A stretch of 16,060 bases of DNA, from assembly GCA_037969075.1 (NCBI GenBank), contig JBBKWS010000108.1, positions 1-16,060 on the forward strand, written 5' to 3'. This DNA comes from Bdellovibrionales bacterium (GTDB taxonomy: Bacteria; Bdellovibrionota; Bdellovibrionia; Bdellovibrionales; UBA840). The translations under genes were made by a program, and so were the position numbers. The notes beneath the pieces are model-generated. The model saw nothing but the letters and a program-made list of their open reading frames with translations, was not told the origin of the DNA and ran no database searches. Below, in pieces: positions 1 to 8,567 of the stretch. Every line of letters begins with the position of its first letter. Within the stretch, counting starts at the first letter, position 1.

Positions 1-118
1 GAGCTTCAAGCCTTTTATAAAAGGAGTCTGGAGGCCCTGGCCGAAAAACACTATAGTCATCAGAGGTATTACCCCAGTCAATATTACGTCCGGGATCTAT
101 TGGGTTAATTCCATGCAT
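1..118 (-). CDS. 5' part of a probable class I SAM-dependent methyltransferase (runs off the window start)
   Basis: Not in the ORF track. Read by hand from ATG at 118: MHGINPIDPGRNIDWGNTSDDYSVFRPGPPDSFYKRLEA..., matching the typical 'DWG.TS.DY...RP..P..FY..L' N-terminus of small methyltransferases. The frame depends on the exact length of the A run near 19-23. Confidence 0.65.
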   Translation of the reverse strand, partial: MHGINPIDPGRNIDWGNTSDDYSVFRPGPPDSFYKRLEA

Positions 119-174
119 AGTTAAAAAATAACTTTTTATATTTAGACTGGCAAGAAATACTAAGTGAAGATTTC

Positions 175-1041
175 TTACTTTTTATGTATCTCTTTATCGA
201 ACTCTTGCTCTATCTCTCTGGCTCTATTCACGGCCTTATTAAAACTAGCCGCTATCAAGTTTTCGACTTCAAGAGATCTTAAATGATTGAGTCCTGCGTG
301 CGTTGTGCCTTTTTTTGAGGTGACTTGATTTTGCAAGTCGGTAAGGCTTAGTGATTTATTGTCTACCGCTAATTTTACACTACCTAGAAATGTTTGCAGC
401 GCCATCTCTCTAGAAATCCCAGCAGGAAAGCCAGAAGCCTCAAGCCATGACTGCCAAACCATAATAAATTCATAGATAAATGCTGGCCCACTTGCACACG
501 CAATCGTAAGTGCATTCATCTCATCCCCCTCATCAACTGGTACTACCAAACCCAGAGGAGTTAATAATTTTTCAGAAAGTTGCGATAATGTTTCTGATTC
601 TTGAAGTAAACTATATCCAACAATTCCTTCCTGAATTTTAAGCGGAGTGTTTGGCATCCAGCGAATCAGTTGGTCAGTGCCTGGTATCAAAGCCTTTAAA
701 GATTGCAGACTTACCCCTGCGGCTAAACTAATAACAATATGCTCACTAGTAAAGAGTCCGCGCACTGATTCTACCGCTGTGACTAAATCTTGTGGTTTAA
801 CACCTAAAATTATAATCCCGCAGTTTTCAATCAACTCAGCACTTGAACTGACTACTTGTAAGCCTGGAAACTCGGCCTGCAAAGCATGTAGTTTTTCGGG
901 ATTACGATTGGTTACATAGATATCTTTTAAATCAATAACACCTGCTTTTAAAAAACCAGAAAGTATGGATCTGGATAGATTTCCCGCTCCTAAAACTCCA
1001 ATTTTTTTTGCTTTGATAAAACTATGTATCCAAGTTTGCAT
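175..1041 (-). CDS. proC: Pyrroline-5-carboxylate reductase
   Basis: Rossmann motif IGVLGAGNL, LGVKPQ, VISLAAGVSL, RWMPNTP, ASGPAFIY and VTSKKGTT motifs are diagnostic of P5CR. Confidence 0.95.
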   Translation of the reverse strand: MQTWIHSFIKAKKIGVLGAGNLSRSILSGFLKAGVIDLKDIYVTNRNPEKLHALQAEFPGLQVVSSSAELIENCGIIILGVKPQDLVTAVESVRGLFTSEHIVISLAAGVSLQSLKALIPGTDQLIRWMPNTPLKIQEGIVGYSLLQESETLSQLSEKLLTPLGLVVPVDEGDEMNALTIACASGPAFIYEFIMVWQSWLEASGFPAGISREMALQTFLGSVKLAVDNKSLSLTDLQNQVTSKKGTTHAGLNHLRSLEVENLIAASFNKAVNRAREIEQEFDKEIHKK

Positions 1042-1050
1042 AAAATACCT

Positions 1051-1641
1051 CTATGAAATCTTCCAACCCTTAGCAAGGATTAACTCTAAAACTCGTTCTA
1101 TGGGTAAACCCATTATATTAAAAAATGAATTATCAAAAGAAGATACAAAAGATCTGCCTGCACCCTGAATTCCGTAAGCACCAGCCTTATCATATGGCTC
1201 ATCCGTTAGTATATAAGACTCAATTTGCTCATCTGTAAGTTTATTGAACTCGACTTTAGACGTAATACACTCCGTTATAATTTCTTTTGTATCTAAATTC
1301 CAAAGGCAAAACGCCGTCTTAACCTCATGTGCCCTACCTGAAAGTCTGGTTAAATACTCTTTTGCCTCATTTTTATCTTTAGGCTTGCCCAAAATATCGC
1401 TATCTAAAACCACTACAGTGTCCGCCGCTAGCACAATGGAAGGCCTAGACCAAAGACTTGCGTATTTATCAAAAACTGCACTAGCTTTACGTCTAGATAA
1501 TTCCCTAAGTGCATCATCCAAGCTCATATTTTCATTAAGATTTTCCGATATTTCTACTGAGAAAGTATGAAATGGAAGATTTGCGTTTTTAAGAATTTCT
1601 TTACGTCGTGGAGATTTGGAAGCAAGGACCAACTGATACAT
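1051..1641 (-). CDS. maf: Maf-family nucleoside triphosphate pyrophosphatase
   Basis: LVLASKSPRRKEIL, AADTVV, ILGKP, LSGRAH, DKAGAYGIQG and NIMGLP motifs. Confidence 0.95.
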   Translation of the reverse strand: MYQLVLASKSPRRKEILKNANLPFHTFSVEISENLNENMSLDDALRELSRRKASAVFDKYASLWSRPSIVLAADTVVVLDSDILGKPKDKNEAKEYLTRLSGRAHEVKTAFCLWNLDTKEIITECITSKVEFNKLTDEQIESYILTDEPYDKAGAYGIQGAGRSFVSSFDNSFFNIMGLPIERVLELILAKGWKIS

Positions 1642-1664
1642 ATTTTCTCTAAAGGTTAGGTTAT

Positions 1665-2570
1665 ATGGGTTTAGCAGAAATTATTCTTTTCTTTAGCTTA
1701 CTGCTTTTAGGTATTTCTGTATATCTATTTGTTTCTTTCTTCATGGGAGAAGGCGAAGAACAATCTGCATTATCGTGGGCCTCAGGTGAAGAGCCAGAGA
1801 AATCAAAATCTGGATTTATTGAATTCTCGCGTCCTATAGCGCATCGCTTTGCTTTAAACTTGGCAAAGAAAGTTACCAACAAGAGATACCGAGATAATAC
1901 ATTCAGAAATATCAAAGTAGCAGGCCTATCTCGTGAATTAAATGTTGATGAGTTTATTAGTATTCAGTTTTTATGGGGACTAATATTTCCTGTATTTTTA
2001 TTTATTCTAAATTTTGCTTTGCAGTTAGGGTTTCACCCCATTTTAATTATTTCTATGAGTATTGTAGGAGCCGCCTTTCCAATCATTCATTGCAATACTG
2101 AAAGAAAAAAACGATATCAGTCAGTTGTAATTGATCTGCCATTTTTTATTGATCTATTGGCACTATCGACTGAAGCGGGCCTTGATTTTATTGGTGCCAT
2201 ACAGCGAGTAGCTGATAAGGCTGAGAACTCTGTCTTAGCTGATGAACTAGAAATCGTACTTAGAGACATAAAGCTTGGTCGATCTAGAAAAGAAGCTCTC
2301 CGCGATATGTCAGAAAGACTTGAAATGTCTGAAATCACTAGTTTCGTTGCCGTATTGGTTGACGCAGACTCTACTGGTGCCAGCATCGGGAAAGTTTTAA
2401 AACAACAATCAGAACAAATGCGTATGGAAAGATTTTCACGCGCTGAAAAGGCTGGAGCAAGAGCTTCACAACTAATGTTAATACCTATGATGCTATTTAT
2501 TATGCCCGCGATTTTTATAATGGTTTTTGGTCCCGTGATATTGCAATTCATGGGTCAGGGAGGAAAGTAA
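1665..2570 (+). CDS. tadC: TadC-like T2SS F-family inner-membrane platform protein (Flp/Tad pilus)
   Basis: N-terminal TM, central TM pair, LPFFIDLLALSTEAGLDF...G.SR.EAL...GASIGKVLKQQSEQMR.ERF.RAEKAG, and a C-terminal TM (LIPMMLFIMPAIFIMVFGP). Confidence 0.9.
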   Translation: MGLAEIILFFSLLLLGISVYLFVSFFMGEGEEQSALSWASGEEPEKSKSGFIEFSRPIAHRFALNLAKKVTNKRYRDNTFRNIKVAGLSRELNVDEFISIQFLWGLIFPVFLFILNFALQLGFHPILIISMSIVGAAFPIIHCNTERKKRYQSVVIDLPFFIDLLALSTEAGLDFIGAIQRVADKAENSVLADELEIVLRDIKLGRSRKEALRDMSERLEMSEITSFVAVLVDADSTGASIGKVLKQQSEQMRMERFSRAEKAGARASQLMLIPMMLFIMPAIFIMVFGPVILQFMGQGGK

Positions 2571-2571
2571 C

Positions 2572-2913
2572 TTGCTACTACGTAATTTACATTCTGACCA
2601 AATCATCAGTAACCATGTGGATGTTGCCACAAGCTTCACAACTAGATTTTTTGGGTTGATGGGAAAGAAGTCTATAGAACTAAAACGGTGCTTGTGGATT
2701 ACTAGGTGCAATAGCATACATACTTGTTTTATGAGATTTTCTATTGATGTGGTGTTTTTAGATAGTGAAATGAAGGTTATCGCAATTAAAGAAAAAATTA
2801 AGCCATGGAAATTTACATGGCCAGTAATGAATGCAAAATCAGTGTTAGAGTTCTATGAACAAAACATTGGTTTAAAAATGAAACTTGGAGATCAATTGCA
2901 TGTGGGCAATTAG
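2572..2913 (+). CDS. DUF192-family protein
   Basis: VATSFTTRFFGLMG...CNSIHTCFMRFSIDVVFLD...SVLEF...GD signature; TTG start 1 nt after the tadC stop with GGAGG upstream. Confidence 0.88.
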   Translation: MLLRNLHSDQIISNHVDVATSFTTRFFGLMGKKSIELKRCLWITRCNSIHTCFMRFSIDVVFLDSEMKVIAIKEKIKPWKFTWPVMNAKSVLEFYEQNIGLKMKLGDQLHVGN

Positions 2914-4465
2914 AATTTTAAATGGATCATTAGCCGGCAAGACCTACTCTCTGAAAGAGGGAGATAATTATATAGGTCGTGGAGCGCAAGCGGATATTCG
3001 CTTGCAAAGCGCCGGTGTGTCCAAAGACCATTGTGTAATCCATGTAAATGGAAACAAGGTGATCCTTCTGGATAAAAACTCTAGTAATGGTACTTTTGTA
3101 AATGGATCAAAAGTTGCTCAGAAACAATTAAATAATGGTGATAAAATCGGGATCCATGATGTACTAGCGGATGTGCAGTATAATGTGATTCCTTTTCCAA
3201 AAATGAATCAACAAACCTCAAATAGCTTTTCACCAGGTGCTGATGGTTTCAACCCTGCTGAAAATATGTATGAGCAAAGTGACTCTAATAACCAACAACC
3301 AGTAGCAAAGGCTCCAACCAATCTAAAAGAAAGTATACAGGTATATATAGACAATGTGGTAATGCCTGCTATCTACAGATTGATCGAAATTTTTGAAATG
3401 AAGTGGGTTCTTGGATCTTTTGTCTTAGGATTTATCTTACTAGTGACTAGCTTATCCATGATCCCAATGATGCAAATTACAAAGCGTGGAATTGAAAAAG
3501 AAAGTCAACGAAGAGCCCTTACCATCGCTAGAAATATTGCAAATATTAACGGTAGACTCTTAGAGCAAGGATTGACTGGCTCATTGAGCGTTGCTTCAGC
3601 CAGTAGAGAAGAGGGTGTTAAATTAGCCGTAATAGTTGATGCGAAGACCAGTCAAATCATCGCCCCAGCTAGTAAGGTGGGTACATTTGAAAACAATCCT
3701 TTTATTAATACAATCCGTACTAAACCATACGAGTTTGTAAATAATATTGGTAGCAGCACCATAGGAGCAAGTGTTCCTATGCAAGCTTACAATGCAGAAT
3801 TACAAACTGCTACTGTCGCTGCCTACGCTGTGGTGATTTACGATATCGGAGCACTGAGTATCGATGATGGCCAGACGCTTAGTCTATTTGTTCAAACCTT
3901 AGCAATAGCCCTAATACTTGGATATATTCTGTTTTATTTTATGTACAGGATTATCGAGAAACCAATTTATGAGTTAAATAAATCGATTGATGATGCCTTA
4001 AAGCAAACTGGTTCGGTAACCAATAAATATATATTTCCAATTTTACAGCCATTGATTGTAAATATTAACAGTTTAATCAATCGGTCTGGCTCTACCCAGG
4101 AGTCTGGTAACTCTTTCTTTGTTGATAGAAACTCAGAGGCACAAAATATTATTAGATTATTTGAAGGACCAAGTTTAGCGATAAATAAAGATTTATTGAT
4201 CATAGACTGCAATTTGGCCTTTGAAAATCTAACAGGAATTATATCTGGAAATATTCAACAACAAAATCTAGATAGATTAAATGACCAAGCTTTAATTTTA
4301 AGTATTCAAGATCTGATTGAGCGCGCAAAAATACAGCCTAATTTAATCGCTACGAATGCGATTGAATTTAATGGAAATTCTATGGAAATAGATATTCAAG
4401 CTATCAGTTCTGACAAAGAAATTGAATATTTTATCTTTAGTATTAAAACTGGGGGGTTAGCATAA
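2900..4465 (+). CDS. FHA-domain membrane protein (FHA - TM - periplasmic domain - TM - HAMP/PAS-like)
   Basis: Start moved to ATG 2900 (GGAG at 2887-2890, overlaps the DUF192 end). FHA motifs IGRG, VSKDH, SSNGTFVNG; two hydrophobic TMs; C-terminal PAS-like IIDCNLAFENLTG. Confidence 0.85.
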   Translation: MWAIRILNGSLAGKTYSLKEGDNYIGRGAQADIRLQSAGVSKDHCVIHVNGNKVILLDKNSSNGTFVNGSKVAQKQLNNGDKIGIHDVLADVQYNVIPFPKMNQQTSNSFSPGADGFNPAENMYEQSDSNNQQPVAKAPTNLKESIQVYIDNVVMPAIYRLIEIFEMKWVLGSFVLGFILLVTSLSMIPMMQITKRGIEKESQRRALTIARNIANINGRLLEQGLTGSLSVASASREEGVKLAVIVDAKTSQIIAPASKVGTFENNPFINTIRTKPYEFVNNIGSSTIGASVPMQAYNAELQTATVAAYAVVIYDIGALSIDDGQTLSLFVQTLAIALILGYILFYFMYRIIEKPIYELNKSIDDALKQTGSVTNKYIFPILQPLIVNINSLINRSGSTQESGNSFFVDRNSEAQNIIRLFEGPSLAINKDLLIIDCNLAFENLTGIISGNIQQQNLDRLNDQALILSIQDLIERAKIQPNLIATNAIEFNGNSMEIDIQAISSDKEIEYFIFSIKTGGLA

Positions 4466-5385
4466 GCCAGACTGCCGTAAATACCTCAGGCATAGCATTC
4501 TTGCTGAAAGTACAAAATGGTACTGACAAGGGAGTTGTGTATCAAATGGCTAGCGATAGTCTTAAGCTGGGCAGAGCTGATGATAATGACATTGTCGTTA
4601 AAGATAATAAATGTAGTCGTTACCATGCCCTACTTGAAATGAGAGAACAGGGTCTTGTGATAAAAAATGTTAGTAGTAACAATCGCATTTTCGTTGACGG
4701 GCTAGAAGTCAATGAGACCCTCTTGCATCCAAATGCTGTTATCAAATTAGGTGATACTGAAATTCAATTATTTGTGAGCGGACTAGAGGCACTAGCAGTC
4801 GCTCCAGATATGCCTGCTGATTTGTCGATGCCAACTACCGCACCTATAAAAAAGAAGAGCCCACTGTTTTATGCATATGTTGCGATTGCTGGCATTGGCC
4901 TTTATTTACTTTTATCAGATGGAACGTCTACAACACCGGATGAATTATTAAATGACGATGGAAAAATTCAAACTGAAATTATTGAAGCACAAAAAATTAC
5001 TGAGAAACTACAAAACCTAAAATACACTTCAGGAAAAGATTCAAAGCAATATTTAGATGCGCAAGAAGAGTATTTAAAGGGATTTAGAGATTACCGAGAG
5101 GGTAATTACTCTAGGTCAATTACATCGTTTCAAGCTGCCCTTGCTCTATATCCAAAGCATGAGCTTGCTAAAAAATATGAAATCCTTTCAAAAAGAAAGT
5201 TAGATGAATCGATACAAGCGTCCATGCAAGAGGGCAATCGCTACCTAGAGCAAGGTAGATATAATGAGGCCATTTCATCTTACAGAAACGTTATGATACT
5301 GATTAAGTCACCGGAAAATTTAACTTATAAAGAAGCGAAAGCCAAGTATGACCAGGCTCAAGCCATTATCGAAGGAGACTTCTAA
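4462..5385 (+). CDS. FHA + TM + TPR protein
   Basis: FHA motifs LGRADDND, CSRYHA, IKLGDT; one TM (LFYAYVAIAGIGLYLLL); TPR-like repeats (GNYSRSITSFQAALALYP, GRYNEAISSY). Start uncertain: TTG 4501 in the ORF track, or in-frame ATA 4462 overlapping the upstream stop. Confidence 0.85.
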   Translation: MSQTAVNTSGIAFLLKVQNGTDKGVVYQMASDSLKLGRADDNDIVVKDNKCSRYHALLEMREQGLVIKNVSSNNRIFVDGLEVNETLLHPNAVIKLGDTEIQLFVSGLEALAVAPDMPADLSMPTTAPIKKKSPLFYAYVAIAGIGLYLLLSDGTSTTPDELLNDDGKIQTEIIEAQKITEKLQNLKYTSGKDSKQYLDAQEEYLKGFRDYREGNYSRSITSFQAALALYPKHELAKKYEILSKRKLDESIQASMQEGNRYLEQGRYNEAISSYRNVMILIKSPENLTYKEAKAKYDQAQAIIEGDF

Positions 5386-7331
5386 TGGCTAAACTTACAA
5401 TATTTGTAAACTCAAAAGAACTAGACACTCTAACTCTAGATGAGACTAAAGAATATATCATTGGCCGCGCAAGTGATGCTGACATTAAAATTAGAGACAC
5501 TACTTTTTCAAGAAAGCATTTACGACTGCATTTTCAAGGTGGATGGAAGATAGAATGCTTATCTAAGTTTGCTGATATTCAATCCCCTACTGGACAGACA
5601 AAGTCACTTGACCTATCAGAAACGGTCGACTTTATGGTCTCGCAGTACCGCTTCTCTTTTCAACTTGAACCAAGTGATCATGCTAGCAATGCCTTAGAAT
5701 TTGATGTTGAAGAGGATTATTTAGAAGATTCAGCTCCTGCAAATGAAAATGTAATAGAAGATGAAGATACGGACGTAAATTTTCAAGTTACACAACCCTA
5801 TTTGACGATCACATTTGCCGATCAAACAGTTAATAAACTTAAACTTGAAGGTATCGAGTGGACCATTGGCAGAACCGATGAGTCGATCGTACAAATCAAT
5901 GATACGAAAGCAAGTCGAAAGCACTGTCAGATCACTAAAGATGGTAATACATTTTTTGTTATGGATTTAGGAAGTTCTAATGGAACATACTTAAATCGTA
6001 GACGTATGAAAGCCAATAAAATTGCCCCACTAAATGGTGGCGATGTAATAAGAATCGGCAGTACACAATTAGTATTTGAGATGATAGATGAGTCTTTTCA
6101 ATCTAAGCTAATGAATGTGCCTGCTATAAAATCTCAGCTACCTGCAATCAGTGAGCAGCCACAAAACCCTTACACAGCATTACAGGTCAGACAATACGGT
6201 GAGATGCAGGCGCAGGGTGCGGTCAGAATATTCAATCCAGCATCTAAAAAAGTTGGTGATAAGAAAAAATTCATCGCCATCTTCTGCGTGAGCATCACTT
6301 TGTTAGCATATTTACTTAAGGGAGAGAATAAAGGTTCAAAGAGTGGTACCAAAAACTTAGCCTCAAATGTTGAACAGCGATCGCCATTTGAGCTACTATC
6401 AAAAGAAAATCAGGATTTAGTACTACGCTTTTATGATCAAGCTTATAAATTATATATTCAAGGAAACTATGAATTAGCTTTAAATGAAACTAGAAAAATA
6501 CACCGACTGCTACCAGAATCTGGCTATCTAGATCTTGCTGTGGAGAAAGACTCAAAAGATTTAGAAAAATTAATTACGGTAGCCATCGAATTAAACCGTC
6601 AAAAGCAAGCTATACAGCGTACCCAAGAGCAGCAGCAGCAGGTCATTGAAGAAGTTAACGTTATAGTTAATCGCTGTAACACGATGGCAAGACCAGGCAC
6701 TAACGTGCAATCGGCCAGAGCTTGTCTTGCCCCTGCATTAGAACTAGATCCAGAAAATCAAAAAGCCGCTCTTATTATTGCAAGATTAGATGCCGAAGAA
6801 GAAAGTCGGCGAGCCCTAGCAGCCCAAAGAGCTTACACAGAAGGCCAAGTGGATAAAGGTGAAAATCTTTATCAATTTGCACTTAACTTAGAGAAAAAGG
6901 AAAAACTGTTAGATGCCATTGCTGCATACAATAGACATATTGCATCCACATTACCAGATCCTAATAACTTAAAAGAAAAGTCTAAAGAGAGAAGGCAACA
7001 AATTTCTCTTGAGCTAAAAAAACGCATAGATATTTTAATGAAAGAGGCTGCAACTGATTATGAGTCAAAAAACTATAAAGACTCAATCGCAAAACTAACG
7101 AAAGCGCTGCGCTTAGACCCATCAGTGCAAGAAGCCAAGGATTTACTAGGTTCAGTTACAAATGACCTTAATAAAAATATGAAAACTATTTATAGTGATT
7201 CAGTATTAGAAGAATCTCTTGGAAATATTGAATCTGCAAAGTCATTATGGAAAAAAATTCTGGATACAGACGTTGCTTCTGGAGATTACTACAGAAAAGC
7301 AAAATCCAAACTTAAAAAGTACGGCGGATAA
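5385..7331 (+). CDS. Double-FHA + TM + TPR protein
   Basis: Two FHA domains (IGRASD..FSRKH; IGRTDE..ASRKH..GSSNGTYLN..IRIGST), TM FIAIFCVSITLLAYLL, coiled-coil and TPR repeats (ALELDPEN, ALRLDPS); TAATG coupling to the upstream gene. Confidence 0.88.
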   Translation: MAKLTIFVNSKELDTLTLDETKEYIIGRASDADIKIRDTTFSRKHLRLHFQGGWKIECLSKFADIQSPTGQTKSLDLSETVDFMVSQYRFSFQLEPSDHASNALEFDVEEDYLEDSAPANENVIEDEDTDVNFQVTQPYLTITFADQTVNKLKLEGIEWTIGRTDESIVQINDTKASRKHCQITKDGNTFFVMDLGSSNGTYLNRRRMKANKIAPLNGGDVIRIGSTQLVFEMIDESFQSKLMNVPAIKSQLPAISEQPQNPYTALQVRQYGEMQAQGAVRIFNPASKKVGDKKKFIAIFCVSITLLAYLLKGENKGSKSGTKNLASNVEQRSPFELLSKENQDLVLRFYDQAYKLYIQGNYELALNETRKIHRLLPESGYLDLAVEKDSKDLEKLITVAIELNRQKQAIQRTQEQQQQVIEEVNVIVNRCNTMARPGTNVQSARACLAPALELDPENQKAALIIARLDAEEESRRALAAQRAYTEGQVDKGENLYQFALNLEKKEKLLDAIAAYNRHIASTLPDPNNLKEKSKERRQQISLELKKRIDILMKEAATDYESKNYKDSIAKLTKALRLDPSVQEAKDLLGSVTNDLNKNMKTIYSDSVLEESLGNIESAKSLWKKILDTDVASGDYYRKAKSKLKKYGG

Positions 7332-7332
7332 T

Positions 7333-7995
7333 ATGCTTAAAGAAAAATCTTACCGTACTAAAGAATCAAAGTTTCCAACTGCAAAATTGTCATTCGAAAA
7401 AAATGATAATTTATTTATTGCTGTATGGTCTTGGGGCGCTGCAGACGGCGGACAAAAGGCACTAGATATCATTAAGGACTACTATCTATCCGCAAGAACT
7501 GACATTGAAGCCACCTCTCCATTTCCGTTGAACCCAGATCTAAGCTTACCAGGAAATCATTTACGAATTGGCGTGATGCTTGCTAATGATATAATAGCAA
7601 AAGAAAATAATAATGAAGAATATACCACTGGAATTGAAGTGATCTGTATGTCAAAAAATAAAAAAGAAGTTAATTTTGTGCATGTGGGTGGCCCTTCGTT
7701 AATTAGTCTTAGAGAAAATCAAGATCCAGTTACTTATATTCAGCAAAGCCAACTAGGCAATGAGTTCGATTTTAAGGTAACCTCTCCCCTTCCTAGAGAG
7801 CTATTGGGAATAAAACCAAGGCAGAATATTACTTGTAAAAGCATAAGGATCTTAGACAAAGAACGTTTTTTGCTAGTGCAACGAAACTACATGCCACAGT
7901 TAAAGCTAAAAAATAATACTCTTGAAAAAGTAGAGGCTGAATTAATCAAAGACAATAAAGATTTACCATTCTGGATTTGCGAATTTTCGTTTTAA
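7333..7995 (+). CDS. Degenerate PP2C/PrpC-like (pseudo)phosphatase-fold protein
   Basis: Start moved to ATG 7333, just after the upstream stop. Motif order resembles PP2C (LFIAV.., ANDII, TG.EV, FVHVG, LLG, D..LLV) but the catalytic Asp motifs are missing. Confidence 0.55.
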   Translation: MLKEKSYRTKESKFPTAKLSFEKNDNLFIAVWSWGAADGGQKALDIIKDYYLSARTDIEATSPFPLNPDLSLPGNHLRIGVMLANDIIAKENNNEEYTTGIEVICMSKNKKEVNFVHVGGPSLISLRENQDPVTYIQQSQLGNEFDFKVTSPLPRELLGIKPRQNITCKSIRILDKERFLLVQRNYMPQLKLKNNTLEKVEAELIKDNKDLPFWICEFSF

Positions 7996-8567
7996 TTTAC
8001 TTTTTTATAGTACCGCTTACGATCACGATCCCAATGATATGCAATGCCGACAAATAACTGTGCGCCTATACCACTATCTCCTGAAAGATTCGCAATAGCC
8101 GCTAATTCGGTGCGGATAGCAAAATTTGAATTAACAAACATGTAGTCCAATCCAACAAAACCACGCAAGCCAAACAAAAAATCATCTTCGTCATCATCAC
8201 CTACTTCTTTACCTAAAATTATGCCAGGGCCATAGTAAAAGTAGGCTGAATTCCAAAAATCTTTAGACTTAATTTTATCCCTAGCATCGTAATAATAAAA
8301 CACATAGTTAAACTGAGCCAGAACTTGTTCTTTGGTGTGATACGCAAAATCAACATTATAAGCAGATCTTGAACTCAGATACTTTTGATATCTTACACCC
8401 GTTGGTTGCCCAAGTAGAAGCTCAATAGACTTTTCACCCGGCTGAAAGCCAATTAGCTTTCTGATCACTTTAGGCTCACGATTATTGTTAGCAGTGTCTA
8501 CCGGTTTTCTGGCAAGTGAAACCGCAGGCAATAATATAAAAATTAGACTAATACACAACTTTTTCAT
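7992..8567 (-). CDS. Secreted small outer-membrane beta-barrel-like protein
   Basis: Signal peptide MKKLCISLIFILLPAVSLA; alternating aromatic/Gly strands (LGQPTGVRY, FYYGPG, GLRGFVGLDY, FVGIAYHW). Confidence 0.7.
   Translation of the reverse strand: MKKLCISLIFILLPAVSLARKPVDTANNNREPKVIRKLIGFQPGEKSIELLLGQPTGVRYQKYLSSRSAYNVDFAYHTKEQVLAQFNYVFYYYDARDKIKSKDFWNSAYFYYGPGIILGKEVGDDDEDDFLFGLRGFVGLDYMFVNSNFAIRTELAAIANLSGDSGIGAQLFVGIAYHWDRDRKRYYKKVN

Noticed and set aside
1..118. 6S RNA or other ncRNA suggested by CTTGAA/TTCAAG
   Set aside because: Better explained as a methyltransferase coding frame; no convincing long stem
6629..6641. Short CAG run (poly-Gln) as a contingency repeat
   Set aside because: Only about 4 units within a coiled-coil coding region
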